A stretch of DNA of 64,000 nt from Candidatus Omnitrophota bacterium (GTDB taxonomy: Bacteria; Omnitrophota; Omnitrophia; Omnitrophales; Aquincolibacteriaceae), in contig JAFGHI010000047.1 in the NCBI GenBank assembly GCA_016930235.1, positions 86,215-150,214 of the forward strand, written 5' to 3'. The notes beneath the pieces are model-generated. The model worked only from the letters and a program-made list of their open reading frames with translations. It had not been told where the DNA came from and made no database searches. Below, one piece after another: positions 18,652 through 28,106 of the stretch; within the stretch, counting starts at the first letter, position 1; every line of letters begins with the position of its first letter. A program made the translations under genes and the position numbers.

Positions 18652-19409
18652 TCAGTTTCCCACAACAAAACATACTTCAAAAAAACATATAAAGCCACAA
18701 GATGAGCATAGAAAAATCCATGCAATCCATCCCTGAATCCAGCTTTTAAAAAATATCGGTCAAGAAAAACAACGAAGGGCTTGATCACAATATCAATCCA
18801 ACAAAATTTTCGCCCGGCTTTTAAGAGTTCTCCGCATTCATACCGCATATATCTTTCATACTTGAAGAGGTAGGAACTTATTCCTTTAAAATCATTATGG
18901 ATAAAATGTGTTTCCATTCTCTTGACTCTCCCAGGGACAATGAGTCTTGCGTGGACCTCTTTTGTCTGGAATTTCCCCTTATCTCTCCTGAATAAACGAA
19001 CATGATAGTCTGGGTAAAGCCCTCCGTAACGCAGCCATTTGCCATAAAAAAGATTTTTGAACCGGAACTCATAAGCATCCACATCCTGTCCCTGGCACTT
19101 TAGAGCTTCCCGAATTTCTTTTTCACCTCCGAGGTCTAATACTTCATCCGTATCAACCTGCAATACCCATTCATATTCGCATTGGGGGATCGCCCTATTT
19201 TTTTGCGCCGCTGAATTGATGTAAGGATGCTGCAAGATACGATCTGTATATTCGCGGCAGATTTCCAATGTTTTGTCCGTACTAAACGAATCGACAACCA
19301 GAATTTCATCCGCCCATTTGATCGATTCCAAAGTTTCACGGATAGTCCCCTCAGCATTATAGCAAGGCAAAAGAACTGTTATTTTTATGTCCTGCCTTTC
19401 CTGTTTCAT
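18630..19409 (-). CDS. glycosyltransferase family 2 (LPS-core-type)
   Basis: KITVLLPCYNAEGTIRETLESI...ILVVDSFSTDKTLEI...LQVDTDEV. Confidence 0.8.
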   Translation of the reverse strand: MKQERQDIKITVLLPCYNAEGTIRETLESIKWADEILVVDSFSTDKTLEICREYTDRILQHPYINSAAQKNRAIPQCEYEWVLQVDTDEVLDLGGEKEIREALKCQGQDVDAYEFRFKNLFYGKWLRYGGLYPDYHVRLFRRDKGKFQTKEVHARLIVPGRVKRMETHFIHNDFKGISSYLFKYERYMRYECGELLKAGRKFCWIDIVIKPFVVFLDRYFLKAGFRDGLHGFFYAHLVALYVFLKYVLLWETEWKKKTK

Positions 19410-20194
19410 GTCTTCGCCTTTAAGAATTTTTCGGCAAGCGCCTTCATAGCATATTCCAGATCATAAGCTCCGCTCACTTTCCGTTGAAATACATCCAAAC
19501 CATCGCTTCCCAGTACCTTATCGCGATTAAGAAGATAAGGATTAGCATGATAACTATTCCCTCTAAACCCACCTACCCTAACAGCACATTGATAACCACT
19601 CTCTTCTACTGTCTTCAGCTCACGTTTACCGTAAAGCCCGCCGGGATAAGCAAAAGATTTGACCTCAACATTCAAATGGTTTTCAATAATTTTTTTGGAA
19701 CCCCCGATTTCTTCCTCCAAATTCTCATCCGATAATGTTCTTAAATCATTATGATGATTGCTGTGAGCACCTATCTCGGCACCTTCTTGGACTAAAAAAC
19801 GTAAATCTTCCCACGCAAGAAGCGGTTTATCCTGCCCATAACGGCTCCAATCGCTCACTCCCCCGATCTTCTTTGCAACAACAAAAATCGTTGCGGGGAA
19901 ATGATATTGCTCAAGAACCGGCCATGCATTATGCTTAAAATCCAGATACCCATCATCAAACGTAAGACAAAGGGTGTCTTTTAAATCCTCATGCCGAATT
20001 AATCGTTTTACGACTTCCGATAACGGTAAAACCCGGTAATGCGCTTTTGAAAGAATTTCCATTTGTGATTGAAATAATTCGGGCTGTACGGCTAGAGGAT
20101 TTTGGGGCTCTTTTGAAATGCTATGATACATGAGAATCCTAAAATGATTTCTCCCAAACATCTTAGCGAAATTATCAATCATCATGCTTTGCAT
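19406..20194 (-). CDS. polysaccharide deacetylase (NodB-homology, CE4)
   Basis: LCLTFDDGYLDFKHNAWPVLEQYHFPATIFV...GAHSNHHNDL (TFDDG and H-x-x-H motifs). Confidence 0.8.
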   Translation of the reverse strand: MQSMMIDNFAKMFGRNHFRILMYHSISKEPQNPLAVQPELFQSQMEILSKAHYRVLPLSEVVKRLIRHEDLKDTLCLTFDDGYLDFKHNAWPVLEQYHFPATIFVVAKKIGGVSDWSRYGQDKPLLAWEDLRFLVQEGAEIGAHSNHHNDLRTLSDENLEEEIGGSKKIIENHLNVEVKSFAYPGGLYGKRELKTVEESGYQCAVRVGGFRGNSYHANPYLLNRDKVLGSDGLDVFQRKVSGAYDLEYAMKALAEKFLKAKT

Positions 20195-20209
20195 CGTAAG
20201 AAACGAAAT

Positions 20210-21706
20210 CTAAATTTTTGTTCCCGGAGTTATCTTTCCAGCCATTTTATAAATCTCAAAAGCCGCTCTTTTTTCGGCAAGAACAACGCTAGCATAAAAA
20301 TAAGCCAAGGCCATCATGGCCCAAAAAGGCGCATATTGCTCCGGCAGATTAAAAAACGGTTGCACAGTTAAAATGGCCAACGCAGCAACTGTGCTCCCCA
20401 CAAAACCGCAAAAATACTCGCGCAGCATACGCGACTTCGTCTTCCTATATTGGGACCATAATCGCCGAACGTTCGATAAAAATAAACTTAAATAAGCAAG
20501 CATTCCAAATATCCCGACATCAGCCCAAATCTGTAAAATATCACTATGCACCAAACCGCTGGAACCCCATCCATTACCTAAAATAGGGCTGTTCTGAACT
20601 ACTGACCATGCATATTTTGCTCTCGCCTCCCTTTCTTTAGCGCTTGAATCCTGTTTCTCTCCATAAATGGTATGCATTCTATCTTTCGCAACTTGCGGTG
20701 CTAAATAATACAAACACATAAGACCAATGACCGCCATGACAAAAAAACGTATCCCTTTGACCGAAAAATATGCCACAAAAGAAATCACGGAAGGAACCCA
20801 AACTCCTCGATGCCCTGAGATATAGATGGCACCCGCCGTAAAGATAAAAGACAAAAACAAAAAGAACCGATGTGTGTTTGTTCTGGAATTTCTAAGTTCG
20901 GCGAAAATTAAGGGGAACCAAATCGCGAGAAATCCAGCCAGCATCGCATTCCCCCAAAAGGCTGCCCCCGCTCTTTTAAATCCTTCCTCTCCTATTGTTG
21001 TTACCTCTTGCAGATAACCACCAAAAATTTTAACATATCCAAGCCCCATATATTCGCTAATCGAAAGAATCGACAAAAAAAGACAAACGGTAGCCATAAT
21101 GGTCAATATATTTTGGACATGACTAACCTCATGAACCATCCTTCTCACGACAATGTAACAAGGGATCGCTATCCACATCATTTTGGCATAAAATAATGAC
21201 TGGTTAATTTCATCGGGCGTTGAATCGACATACCAACCATTCAACACCGCCCATGCAGAAGACAGTGCCAGGATATAAACTGCCTTGGGAATCTTCGCAC
21301 GAGTCGACTTTACCGGCAAACGAACAAATAAGGCAACAATGGCTAACGCCACAACCAATATTTCACAAGGAACAACTCTGAAATATTTTCCAAAAAACAT
21401 TGTCCTTTGGCCTATGGAGAAAGTAATGAAAAGATAGTACATGATAAAAAGATACGCCTTCCGCGTCCCCATCGCGTAAGCAAAAATAGGCGGCACAATA
21501 ATAATGGCCGCAAAAACAGCCTGGCCCTTAAATGAAAAACTAGCCATCATGAGCCCAACAAATAAAAATATCCCGATAAAATATTGGATTGTCCTGACAG
21601 CTTCTTTTGTTGAGCTCAGCTGACTGACAAGTATTTCACGCATTGTGCGTCGAACTCTAACTTTCGGGGCAATCTGGAATCCCGGCGGTGGAATATTTTC
21701 TGTCAT
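20210..21706 (-). CDS. O-antigen ligase / Wzy_C-family polytopic membrane protein (WaaL-like ligase, O-antigen polymerase or PglL-type O-oligosaccharyltransferase)
   Basis: More than 10 TM helices with a large periplasmic loop carrying ...RGVWVPSV...HNGWGSSGLVHSDILQIWADVGIFG, typical of the Wzy_C domain. Confidence 0.65.
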   Translation of the reverse strand: MTENIPPPGFQIAPKVRVRRTMREILVSQLSSTKEAVRTIQYFIGIFLFVGLMMASFSFKGQAVFAAIIIVPPIFAYAMGTRKAYLFIMYYLFITFSIGQRTMFFGKYFRVVPCEILVVALAIVALFVRLPVKSTRAKIPKAVYILALSSAWAVLNGWYVDSTPDEINQSLFYAKMMWIAIPCYIVVRRMVHEVSHVQNILTIMATVCLFLSILSISEYMGLGYVKIFGGYLQEVTTIGEEGFKRAGAAFWGNAMLAGFLAIWFPLIFAELRNSRTNTHRFFLFLSFIFTAGAIYISGHRGVWVPSVISFVAYFSVKGIRFFVMAVIGLMCLYYLAPQVAKDRMHTIYGEKQDSSAKEREARAKYAWSVVQNSPILGNGWGSSGLVHSDILQIWADVGIFGMLAYLSLFLSNVRRLWSQYRKTKSRMLREYFCGFVGSTVAALAILTVQPFFNLPEQYAPFWAMMALAYFYASVVLAEKRAAFEIYKMAGKITPGTKI

Positions 21707-21721
21707 AATTTCTCTGTATAT

Positions 21722-22588
21722 CTATCCATAAAGAAAAAACCCAAAAAGGATTAGCCAAAGAATGAATGTCCCAATCATCCCTTTATCTCGCAAGAAAATC
21801 CTGATAGGGTCTTCTCCCTTATTTTTTTCAATAACTAAAAACAAATACCGCATGACACCATAAATCACAAAGGGCACCGTAAAATAAAGTTTGTTGCCTG
21901 AATAATAGATTGCTTGTTCAGAAACAGTATACAGTATGTAGGTAAGAATTGCGGCCGAAGACATGATGACTAAACACAAATCCAAATAAGGTACGCTATA
22001 GCTTGATAATACCTTCCGTTGTTTGTTTGCTTTCTTCTGCATCAGCACAAGTTCGCTGCGTCTTTTACCAAACCCAACAAACATGGCCAATAATCCTGTA
22101 CAAATAATGACCCAATGAGAAAGAGCAACCTCCACCACAAGGGCCCCCGCTAGCAGTCGGAATATATAAAAAAGGCTGAAGCAAACAACATCAACGATGA
22201 CAACCTGTTTGAGATAACAAGAATAAAGCCAGTTAATAATAATCACAAAAATCATTAAAATACCTAATTGCACATTGATACAAAAAGCAAAGAAGAGAGA
22301 AATCAACGCGAGGATGAGAACCGCCGCCCAACCTTTACGGAAAGACAACTGACCGGATGCAATGGGTCTTAGTTTTTTAATGGGGTGAAGCCTATCATTC
22401 TCGTAATCTAAGATATCATTGAAAATATAAACAGCGCCCATCATCGCCGTGTAAGTCAAAAAGACCAAAATAGAGCTGATTGCGAGATCTATCCTAAGAA
22501 GACGTAAACCGAAAACAAGCGGGACAAAAACAACAATATTTTTCACCCACTGCCTTGGTCTCATGCTAAGCAATATGGCTTGTATCAT
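21722..22588 (-). CDS. UbiA-family prenyltransferase, decaprenyl-phosphate 5-phosphoribosyltransferase-like (polyprenyl-P + PRPP)
   Basis: RPRQWVKNIVVFVPLVFG; YIFNDILDYENDRLHP (NDxxDxxxD); second Asp-rich motif; 8-9 TM helices; 288 aa. Confidence 0.7.
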   Translation of the reverse strand: MIQAILLSMRPRQWVKNIVVFVPLVFGLRLLRIDLAISSILVFLTYTAMMGAVYIFNDILDYENDRLHPIKKLRPIASGQLSFRKGWAAVLILALISLFFAFCINVQLGILMIFVIIINWLYSCYLKQVVIVDVVCFSLFYIFRLLAGALVVEVALSHWVIICTGLLAMFVGFGKRRSELVLMQKKANKQRKVLSSYSVPYLDLCLVIMSSAAILTYILYTVSEQAIYYSGNKLYFTVPFVIYGVMRYLFLVIEKNKGEDPIRIFLRDKGMIGTFILWLILFGFFLYG

Positions 22589-22839
22589 TTTATCCTTTGA
22601 CTAAAGCTTGAAAAAGACGACCCCATAACTTCTAAATATATTTTCCACGCTGATTCTTGATGCCCAACCGCCGACAGATGAATCCCGTCACAAAAAAATT
22701 CCTCTACTCTATTATTTAGTATCGGCTCCAAATCTAAAATCGACACCCCATCTCGTCGACATAAAACCTTAACAGAGTTCATAGCGCAGATCTCTAACAT
22801 ATTTGATATAAAGCAGTTAACGCAATTCTTGCTTTGCAC
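22585..22839 (-). pseudogene. possible remnant of an SGNH/GDSL hydrolase C-terminus (84-codon ORF) between a methyltransferase and the UbiA gene
   Basis: FFCDGIHLSAVGHQ resembles SGNH block V (DGxHxxxxG). No block I Ser-containing N-terminal part. A 93-codon signal-peptide-like ORF (22817..23098) overlaps the methyltransferase 3' end in another frame. Confidence 0.25.
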
Positions 22840-22844
22840 AAAAG

Positions 22845-23690
22845 CTATGCCTTTTTTGTCGCTTTAACAACCAGGTTAATGAATCGACGATTCGAATTAG
22901 ATGGTTCCGAAGCTTTCCCAAACCACTGAAATATTTTTGTCCCCAAGAATATGGGATTCCAAAGGGATATTTTCCCTTCGCCGAAACGAATCTTTCGGGC
23001 GAGTTTCCCTTGATCACCGGATAGCCCCCTTCCGATTCTGTAAATAAAGAAATGAGCGAAAGGAAAGCAAGAAGCTGAGGATAAAGAAACTTTTTCAACG
23101 CGAAATCCGGCTTGATAACATTTCTTTTCTATCGATCCCCGGGCATAAAGCCTTTCGTGATTTGTCCATGCGCCGGAAAAAACTCCCTTCCGCCACGGCG
23201 TTAACCCAAAAAATTCTCGGATTTTATTCAAGGGATCCCAGCAGAAGGGATAATCTTTATAAGGCACAGAGATTGATAGGACTCCTCCGGGCTTGAGAAC
23301 GCGGAATAATTCTTGAAGCGCTAAGAAGTCATCCTCAAGATGCTCCAGCAATTCAGAACAAATAATTTTGTCAAAACTCGCATCTAAAAAAGGAAGTTTT
23401 AAAACGGATCCTTGTACAAATCGATTACCCGCCCCCGCAACATCCTTCGCTGTTTTTAATCGCATGCTATCAAAATCAAGACCTATAAGAGATAACGACG
23501 GGTCAATTTTTTTGACTAAAGCCATCATCGTTCCAAGCCCGCACCCGCAATCCAAAACCTTCTCATTCTTTTGAAAATTCAAATCCTCCATTATTTGAGT
23601 CACACGTTCACAGTAAGCGACATCAGGCTCGTACTGGAGGTAGTGTTTAATCACAGCCTGAGAAGAAGAAAGATTTGTTTGAGCATCCAT
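22845..23690 (-). CDS. class I SAM-dependent methyltransferase
   Basis: VLDCGCGLGTMMALV (motif I), FDKIICSELLEHLED, LKPGGVLSISVP. Confidence 0.8.
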   Translation of the reverse strand: MDAQTNLSSSQAVIKHYLQYEPDVAYCERVTQIMEDLNFQKNEKVLDCGCGLGTMMALVKKIDPSLSLIGLDFDSMRLKTAKDVAGAGNRFVQGSVLKLPFLDASFDKIICSELLEHLEDDFLALQELFRVLKPGGVLSISVPYKDYPFCWDPLNKIREFFGLTPWRKGVFSGAWTNHERLYARGSIEKKCYQAGFRVEKVSLSSASCFPFAHFFIYRIGRGLSGDQGKLARKIRFGEGKISLWNPIFLGTKIFQWFGKASEPSNSNRRFINLVVKATKKA

Positions 23691-24847
23691 TATGATCTCG
23701 CGATAATCTCTTTGAACAACGATTCATATTCCTCGATAGTTTTTTTATAGCTATAGCATTGTTCAACGGCTTCTCTCGTCTTGATATAAGCAGAAGGATT
23801 ATGAACAATCCGCTCAACAGCTTGGGCAAGCATTAGAGGGTTATCGCATTGAACCACCTCTCCCATTCCTGTAACCCGGACGGCTTCACGCCCTCCAGGG
23901 ATATTGTTCACAATCACCGGGGTTCCACATAACATGGCCTCGACTTGAACAAGCCCCAAGCATTCCGTTTCGCTTGGAAGAACAAGCACGTCACAAGCAG
24001 AATAGAAATCCGCAACATCTTGCTCATTAAGAAGCATTCCCAAAAAAAGAATATCCTTCTCATGCTTCTCGATTAATTCTTTGCATCTTTCGAAGTAATT
24101 TTCGTAAAAGAGTTTGTGTGACCCAGCAAACACAAGCTTAACGGGGCCAATTCTTTCTTTGATCAGAGGAATCGCGCGGATGAGTCGATCCGGCCTCTTC
24201 TCTTCAACAAAACGTCCAGCATAACCCAGGATTATCTGCCCCTCTGCCCCCCACTTCTTTTTTAATCTGACTTTAGCATCCGAGCTTGGAACAGGAATCA
24301 CTGCTGGAGGATAAATCTTAACCGTCTTATTTTGAACGCGCCGCAAAAAACGAGACTGTTCAATATAGTCATGACTATATCCTGTAATTTTTCTTGCGAA
24401 TCGAGCTGCCAAAAAAGAAAGCCAATAAACGGCAGGTTCGACAAACAAACTAACGATTTTATCCTTCGGGAGCGTTAAATCGCCATGATGAGTAATAACA
24501 AATGGCTTACGCATAATTCGGCAAATGGGCGCTGTCCATATCATTTCAAGCGAAGGGCTATGGAGACTTACAGCATCGGCCCATTTAAGCCATGAAAATA
24601 CCTTGAAAAAGAAAGAAGGCGCAATAACACCGCGACTAATCCGAAAAAGAGGTTTGAAACGAATAATCCGCACTCCATCAACCCATTCCTCTTTTGGCTT
24701 CGCACGATCATGCCAGGCTGCCAATACAATCACCTCATGCCCCTTCTGCGCCATGCCACGTGCCATCCGTTCAATATGAAGAGTCATTCCCGTTCGGTGA
24801 GGCAAATAATAAGTCGTGATAATCAATAATTTCATAGGATACCCCAA
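23690..24847 (-). CDS. glycosyltransferase family 4
   Basis: MKLLIITTYYLPHRTGMTLHIERMARGMAQKGHEV...; C-terminal VEAMLCGTPVIVNNIPGGREAV. Confidence 0.85.
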   Translation of the reverse strand: MGYPMKLLIITTYYLPHRTGMTLHIERMARGMAQKGHEVIVLAAWHDRAKPKEEWVDGVRIIRFKPLFRISRGVIAPSFFFKVFSWLKWADAVSLHSPSLEMIWTAPICRIMRKPFVITHHGDLTLPKDKIVSLFVEPAVYWLSFLAARFARKITGYSHDYIEQSRFLRRVQNKTVKIYPPAVIPVPSSDAKVRLKKKWGAEGQIILGYAGRFVEEKRPDRLIRAIPLIKERIGPVKLVFAGSHKLFYENYFERCKELIEKHEKDILFLGMLLNEQDVADFYSACDVLVLPSETECLGLVQVEAMLCGTPVIVNNIPGGREAVRVTGMGEVVQCDNPLMLAQAVERIVHNPSAYIKTREAVEQCYSYKKTIEEYESLFKEIIARS

Positions 24848-26829
24848 ACTCGAAGTTCAACGCCGGGCTCAAACACCTCGAATTCGATTGATTCAATTTT
24901 AACTTCATCCTCCAAACCGTATTCGTAACTATAAATTTTAGCTTCGAAATCGCGCCAGCTTCCCGAGTAGGCTCTTTTCCCGGCCATATGAATTCTCTTT
25001 CTCCAGGAAAATACGGGCTCCGCGGTTTTACCCTTCCGCAATAAATCTTCTTCCATCCAGGAATGGGTTTCCTCCCCCTTAACAATGGGTAGATCCAAAC
25101 GCCCCTCTTTTGAAATAATTCTAATCCGTCCAATCATGACACCATCCGGAATACTCACCGACCCCGTAAGATTCGAAAGAAGGGTAAGATGTTTCGTTGA
25201 AAAATCGTTTTGATAATGAACCTTCTTGATTAATTCGTCGGTGATTGTCAGCGGACCGAGAATCTCAATTTCTTGCCCTTGAACCGACAAGTTGAATGGA
25301 AAATCTAGATCCATAAATTCCATACCCAACAATTCTTGCGGCAAAGGTTTCTGAATCGAAGGGGGCGCCGAATCATTATTTTTTTCATAGATCAACGCGG
25401 TCAAAGGCGGACGGACGATTTTCCTTTTTAAGGTGTATTCATTCTCGACATTCCGTAAAATATTATTTAATTCCTGATGCATCTCTTTTCTGAAATCAAA
25501 GAAAACCAATAATATCCTCGATAAATCTTCCTCTTGTTTCTCAATATTTAATAAATCCCAAGCCGAATGCATATTTTGAAAATCAGAAAAGTAATATCGG
25601 AAATATGGTTCCGCCCGCCCGCCGTAAAATACAGGCAAATCGGTTGTTTCATTTTCCAGAAAAACTTCCATATCATGCCACGATACGCGTTTGCCCGAAA
25701 AGGACCAGTCGCCCTTGAAGTAGCAGAACGAGGCGCCCAGATTAATGAGGATGAGCGCGGTTGAAAATACCAGTGCCCACCTACCTGAAAAACGGCTCAC
25801 TCCAAAACAAAGCGCAAGATAATACACCGGTAATAAAAAGAGAAGGTATCGAAATTGAACACCTGTGGTTTTGGGCGCAAAAGAGTCAAGCCCCAGGACA
25901 ATAAATATGAGAGTAAAAAAGGAAACACCCATAATGGCCTTTAATAATCGATTCTCCTTCATCCTTTGTATAGCGATGAAAAGGAGAACCGCATGGATTG
26001 AAAAAGCAGGAATAACAAGGAACCACAGCATGGGATAAACCGAATTACCGAGCACAAACTGATAAATCGTTATCGCAAGCTTCCCTAGATTAACAATCCC
26101 AAATCCCCTTGACTCGATATATCCGTGAACAGTTACCGCATGAGCATAATGCTGAAGCATATCATGGGCTTTTTCACGAAAAACATAAGCAAACACCAAA
26201 AGGATAAAGACCCCTAATCCGCAAATAATAATCTTCCATAAGCGCCGACGCTTCGAAAGAAAAAATAAGACAAGAAACTGAATGGCCACCAAAAATATCC
26301 CGAAACCATGAGACAAAATACAGAAGATGTCAGCGACACCCCACAAAAGACCTGCTCGAAGACTGCGTTGGAAGTAAAAATACGCAAAGGCCAACCAAGC
26401 AAATGTCGAATTCATCAAAAAGAAACTATAAAATCTTAGAGATTGTGAATGATAAAGAGCCAAGGGAGAAGTCGCAAGAAGGAGCCCGAGCAAAAACCCC
26501 ATTCTTGCATTGATCAAAAGGGAACCCAACATATAGATCAAACAACATGCAAATGCTCCAAAAAGAACAGAAGCAAATCGAAGCCATATCTCCGACGTTC
26601 CAAAAAAAGTCCAAACCTTCATGAACAAAAAATACAGTAAAGAATGGATATTCAATCCGAAGTATTTAATCTCTTCGACCGTATGGAATTCATCTCCGGA
26701 CAAAGTGCAGCGATTTAACCCGACAAGGCGAAATGCCAGAGAGAAAACAAAGAGACCGGCAAAAACAAAAAATAAATTTGTCCTGTTTATCCCCCAGCCC
26801 ACAGAGCTTAATGGAGACCGTAATTTCAT
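24832..26829 (-). CDS. GT-C fold membrane glycosyltransferase (ArnT/PMT, GT39/83-like) with C-terminal periplasmic domain
   Basis: About 12 TM helices; first-loop SGDEFHT (DE motif of GT-C enzymes); about 270-aa soluble C-terminal domain. Start set at the ATG giving an ATGA overlap with the upstream gene; the ORF-track start is 26907. Confidence 0.6.
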   Translation of the reverse strand: MKLRSPLSSVGWGINRTNLFFVFAGLFVFSLAFRLVGLNRCTLSGDEFHTVEEIKYFGLNIHSLLYFLFMKVWTFFGTSEIWLRFASVLFGAFACCLIYMLGSLLINARMGFLLGLLLATSPLALYHSQSLRFYSFFLMNSTFAWLAFAYFYFQRSLRAGLLWGVADIFCILSHGFGIFLVAIQFLVLFFLSKRRRLWKIIICGLGVFILLVFAYVFREKAHDMLQHYAHAVTVHGYIESRGFGIVNLGKLAITIYQFVLGNSVYPMLWFLVIPAFSIHAVLLFIAIQRMKENRLLKAIMGVSFFTLIFIVLGLDSFAPKTTGVQFRYLLFLLPVYYLALCFGVSRFSGRWALVFSTALILINLGASFCYFKGDWSFSGKRVSWHDMEVFLENETTDLPVFYGGRAEPYFRYYFSDFQNMHSAWDLLNIEKQEEDLSRILLVFFDFRKEMHQELNNILRNVENEYTLKRKIVRPPLTALIYEKNNDSAPPSIQKPLPQELLGMEFMDLDFPFNLSVQGQEIEILGPLTITDELIKKVHYQNDFSTKHLTLLSNLTGSVSIPDGVMIGRIRIISKEGRLDLPIVKGEETHSWMEEDLLRKGKTAEPVFSWRKRIHMAGKRAYSGSWRDFEAKIYSYEYGLEDEVKIESIEFEVFEPGVELRVWGIL

Positions 26830-28106
26830 GGCCGCCGTTGACCCTTTAAACGATTTGGCTTTGGCCTCTCTTTGCAGAAACGACTGCGAAAAAAACAGGA
26901 CAGCCAAAAAAGAGCGACAACGATATATGGAAAGATATAAGGTTTAAACGGAGCTAAGTAACGGGGTTCGACATGAAAAGGAATATGTAAAACGGTCATA
27001 TAAATAAAGGAAAACCAAAAAACGGACAAATCCTTTCCCTGTTTGCGGGTAAGAAATAAACCGACAATGAAAAACACCAATAAAGCCGAATCAAAAATAA
27101 CGACCGTCTCGCGCACGGCCGGCCCAGACCGGCTTGGATAACTTATCCACAGCCGGAGCACTCTCACCCCACAGCCCTTGAGATACTCAAGAGGACTCTC
27201 CGTAATACGACTTAAGGTTTCCCGAATATAAAGCGCTTCCAAATCGAGCGAAGGATCTTGTTGATAGGCCGTTTCTAATTTGCGATGGATCTCGTCAAGT
27301 TCGCGTCTTCTCGGATCTTCCGGATCATCCAACCAAAACCCCCAATGCCATAAATCATACTTCTGATCGACTGTCGCAAGAATCAAATTATGTCCCATAT
27401 TCCCTTTTGACAAAGGAATCCATTCGCGAAAGATTAGATAATTGCGAACCGTCCAAGGAGCGAGAACTATAACCATGGACATCACGAGCAAAACTGTGCC
27501 CCAAAACCATTCTTTCCCGCGTATCCCCTGCCAAAACAAATGCATAAGGATGACAGCCGGGAACAACAGCATGATGGGTTTACATAAAACAAGAAGCCCC
27601 AGGGAAAAACCGGTTGCGGTCAAAAAGAACTTTCTGCGGGTTTTGCCATACTGGATCCAGAACAACACCATGAGGGCTGTCAAAAAGATGCTCAAAATCT
27701 CCGTCAAAATACCCGAGGCATAATAGGCCAATGGAAAATAAAGCGCTAAACCAAGACTTGCCCCCAAGCTCACCTTCTCATCAAAAAAATGACGGGTAAT
27801 ATAAAACAATAAAACGCAACACCCTGAAAATATGAACGATTGAAAAATCAAAACGATCATAGGTTGATGCCCAAAAAAGAAATACAAAACGCCCAGGAAA
27901 AGAGGGTAAAGCGGCGGCTTGAGAATTAAAGGGCCTTTAGGCCCTACCAATCCTTTTCCATTTGCGAAATTCCACGCAAAGGTATCATACCAAGAACCGT
28001 CGGCACTCAAAGGCTGCCGATAATGAAAAACATAAATAAACATCAAGGCATGGAGGAGCGCTATGAACGCAATCGCAATAAGTATCATGTTTCTCTTACT
28101 CAGCAT
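26826..28106 (-). CDS. GT-C fold membrane glycosyltransferase (ArnT-like)
   Basis: FANGKGLVGPKGPLILKPPLYPLFLGVLYFFFG (KPPL signature region of ArnT/GT83-type enzymes), 10+ TM helices. Confidence 0.55.
   Translation of the reverse strand: MLSKRNMILIAIAFIALLHALMFIYVFHYRQPLSADGSWYDTFAWNFANGKGLVGPKGPLILKPPLYPLFLGVLYFFFGHQPMIVLIFQSFIFSGCCVLLFYITRHFFDEKVSLGASLGLALYFPLAYYASGILTEILSIFLTALMVLFWIQYGKTRRKFFLTATGFSLGLLVLCKPIMLLFPAVILMHLFWQGIRGKEWFWGTVLLVMSMVIVLAPWTVRNYLIFREWIPLSKGNMGHNLILATVDQKYDLWHWGFWLDDPEDPRRRELDEIHRKLETAYQQDPSLDLEALYIRETLSRITESPLEYLKGCGVRVLRLWISYPSRSGPAVRETVVIFDSALLVFFIVGLFLTRKQGKDLSVFWFSFIYMTVLHIPFHVEPRYLAPFKPYIFPYIVVALFWLSCFFRSRFCKERPKPNRLKGQRRP

Noticed and set aside
22817-23098. 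93-aa ORF with signal-peptide-like N-terminus overlapping the methyltransferase 3' end
   Set aside because: It is out of frame within a well-supported methyltransferase gene. It is kept only as part of the possible decayed-gene observation, not as a feature.
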